64,000 nt of DNA, from the NCBI GenBank assembly GCA_965287045.1, contig OZ336870.1, forward strand, positions 41,788,001 through 41,852,000, given 5' to 3'. Under the pieces are notes generated by a model. That model was not told the origin of the DNA, did no database searches, and worked only from the letters and a program-made list of their open reading frames with translations. This DNA comes from Carcharhinus amblyrhynchos. Its lineage: Eukaryota. Shown here piece after piece: positions 63,147 through 64,000 of the stretch; position 1 is the first letter of the stretch, and the number at the start of each line of letters is the position of its first letter. Made by a program: the position numbers and the translations under genes.

Positions 63147-64000
63147 CATAAGAACATAAGAAATAGGAGCAGGAGTAGGCCATCTGGCCCTTCGAGCCTG
63201 CCCCGCCATTCAATAAGATCATGGCTGATCTGTCGTGGCTCAGTTCCACATTCCCGCCCTCTCCCCACAACCCTTAATCCCCTTGCCTATCAAAAACCTA
63301 TCAACCCGCGTCTTAAATATATTTAGCGAGGCAGCCTCCACCACTTCAACGGGCAGAGAATTCCAGAGATTCACCACCCTTTGAGTGAAGAATTTCCTCC
63401 TCAACTCCGTTCTAAACCTCCCCCCCTTTATCTTGAGGCTGTGCCCTCTAGTCCTACTGTCCTTTCTGAGCAGGAAGAGCCTCTCCACCTCTATCCTATC
63501 CATCCCATTCATCATCTTATATGTCTCAATGAGATCTCCCCTCATTCTTCTAAACTCTAGCGAGTACAAGCCTAGTTTATTCAGCCTCTCCTCATAGTTC
63601 AACATCCTCAACTCCAGTATCAGCCTAGTAAACCTCCTCTGCACTCCCTCCAAGGCCAAAATATGCTTGCGTAAGTGCGGCGACCAAAACTGCACACAGT
63701 ACTCCAGCTGCGGCCTCACCAGCGCCCTGTACAGTTGCAGCAAGACCTCCCTACTTTTATATTTAATCCCCCTCGCTATGAAGGCCAGCATCCCATTCGC
63801 CTTCCTGACCACCTGCTGCTCCTGCAGGCTGGGTTTTTGCGACTCATGCACAAGGACCCTGAGGTCCCTCTGCACTGTTGCATGCTGCAGTTTTTCGCCA
63901 TGTAAGTAATAGTCCTTCCTACCATTATTCCTACCAAAGTGGACAACTTCACACTTGCCAACATTAAATTCCATTTGCCAGTTCCTGGCCCATTCGCCCA
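63147..64000 (-). mobile_element. CR1 (HER1-like) LINE, young; open ORF2 C-terminus 63240-63974 continuing past the window edge
   Basis: MEFNVGKCEVVHFG...KANGMLAFI...RPQLEYCVQFW, 244 codons without a stop. Same subfamily as 53113-53795. Confidence 0.95.

Overview
This is eukaryotic, repeat-dense, non-coding DNA, almost certainly from a cartilaginous fish (shark), judged from HE1/V-SINEs, SacSINE1/DeuSINE-like elements and HER1/CR1 LINEs. No intact host protein-coding gene, rRNA, true tRNA or CRISPR array is recognisable, so it reads as intergenic DNA or a large intron. Every ORF with recognisable similarity is a retroelement fragment. Contents are about 20 V-SINEs with two different tails, many 5'-truncated CR1 LINEs (two young, inverted copies), Rex1/Babar, RTE and L2 fragments, PIF/Harbinger-like MITEs, two clear solo LTRs and a U2 snRNA-derived element. 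The most notable observations are: (1) five small TSD-flanked hairpin retro-insertions of Penelope type, four carrying hammerhead-ribozyme-like cores whose stem II covaries between copies; (2) a LINE whose 5' UTR is a tRNA-like Pol III head, together with its head+tail deletion-derivative SINE; (3) a V-SINE body joined to either a CR1-type or a Rex1-like tail; (4) a U2-derived element altered at the branch-point recognition region; (5) a solo LTR with duplicated NF-kB-like sites. Family names come from recalled consensus similarity, not database searches, and the boundaries of old elements are approximate.
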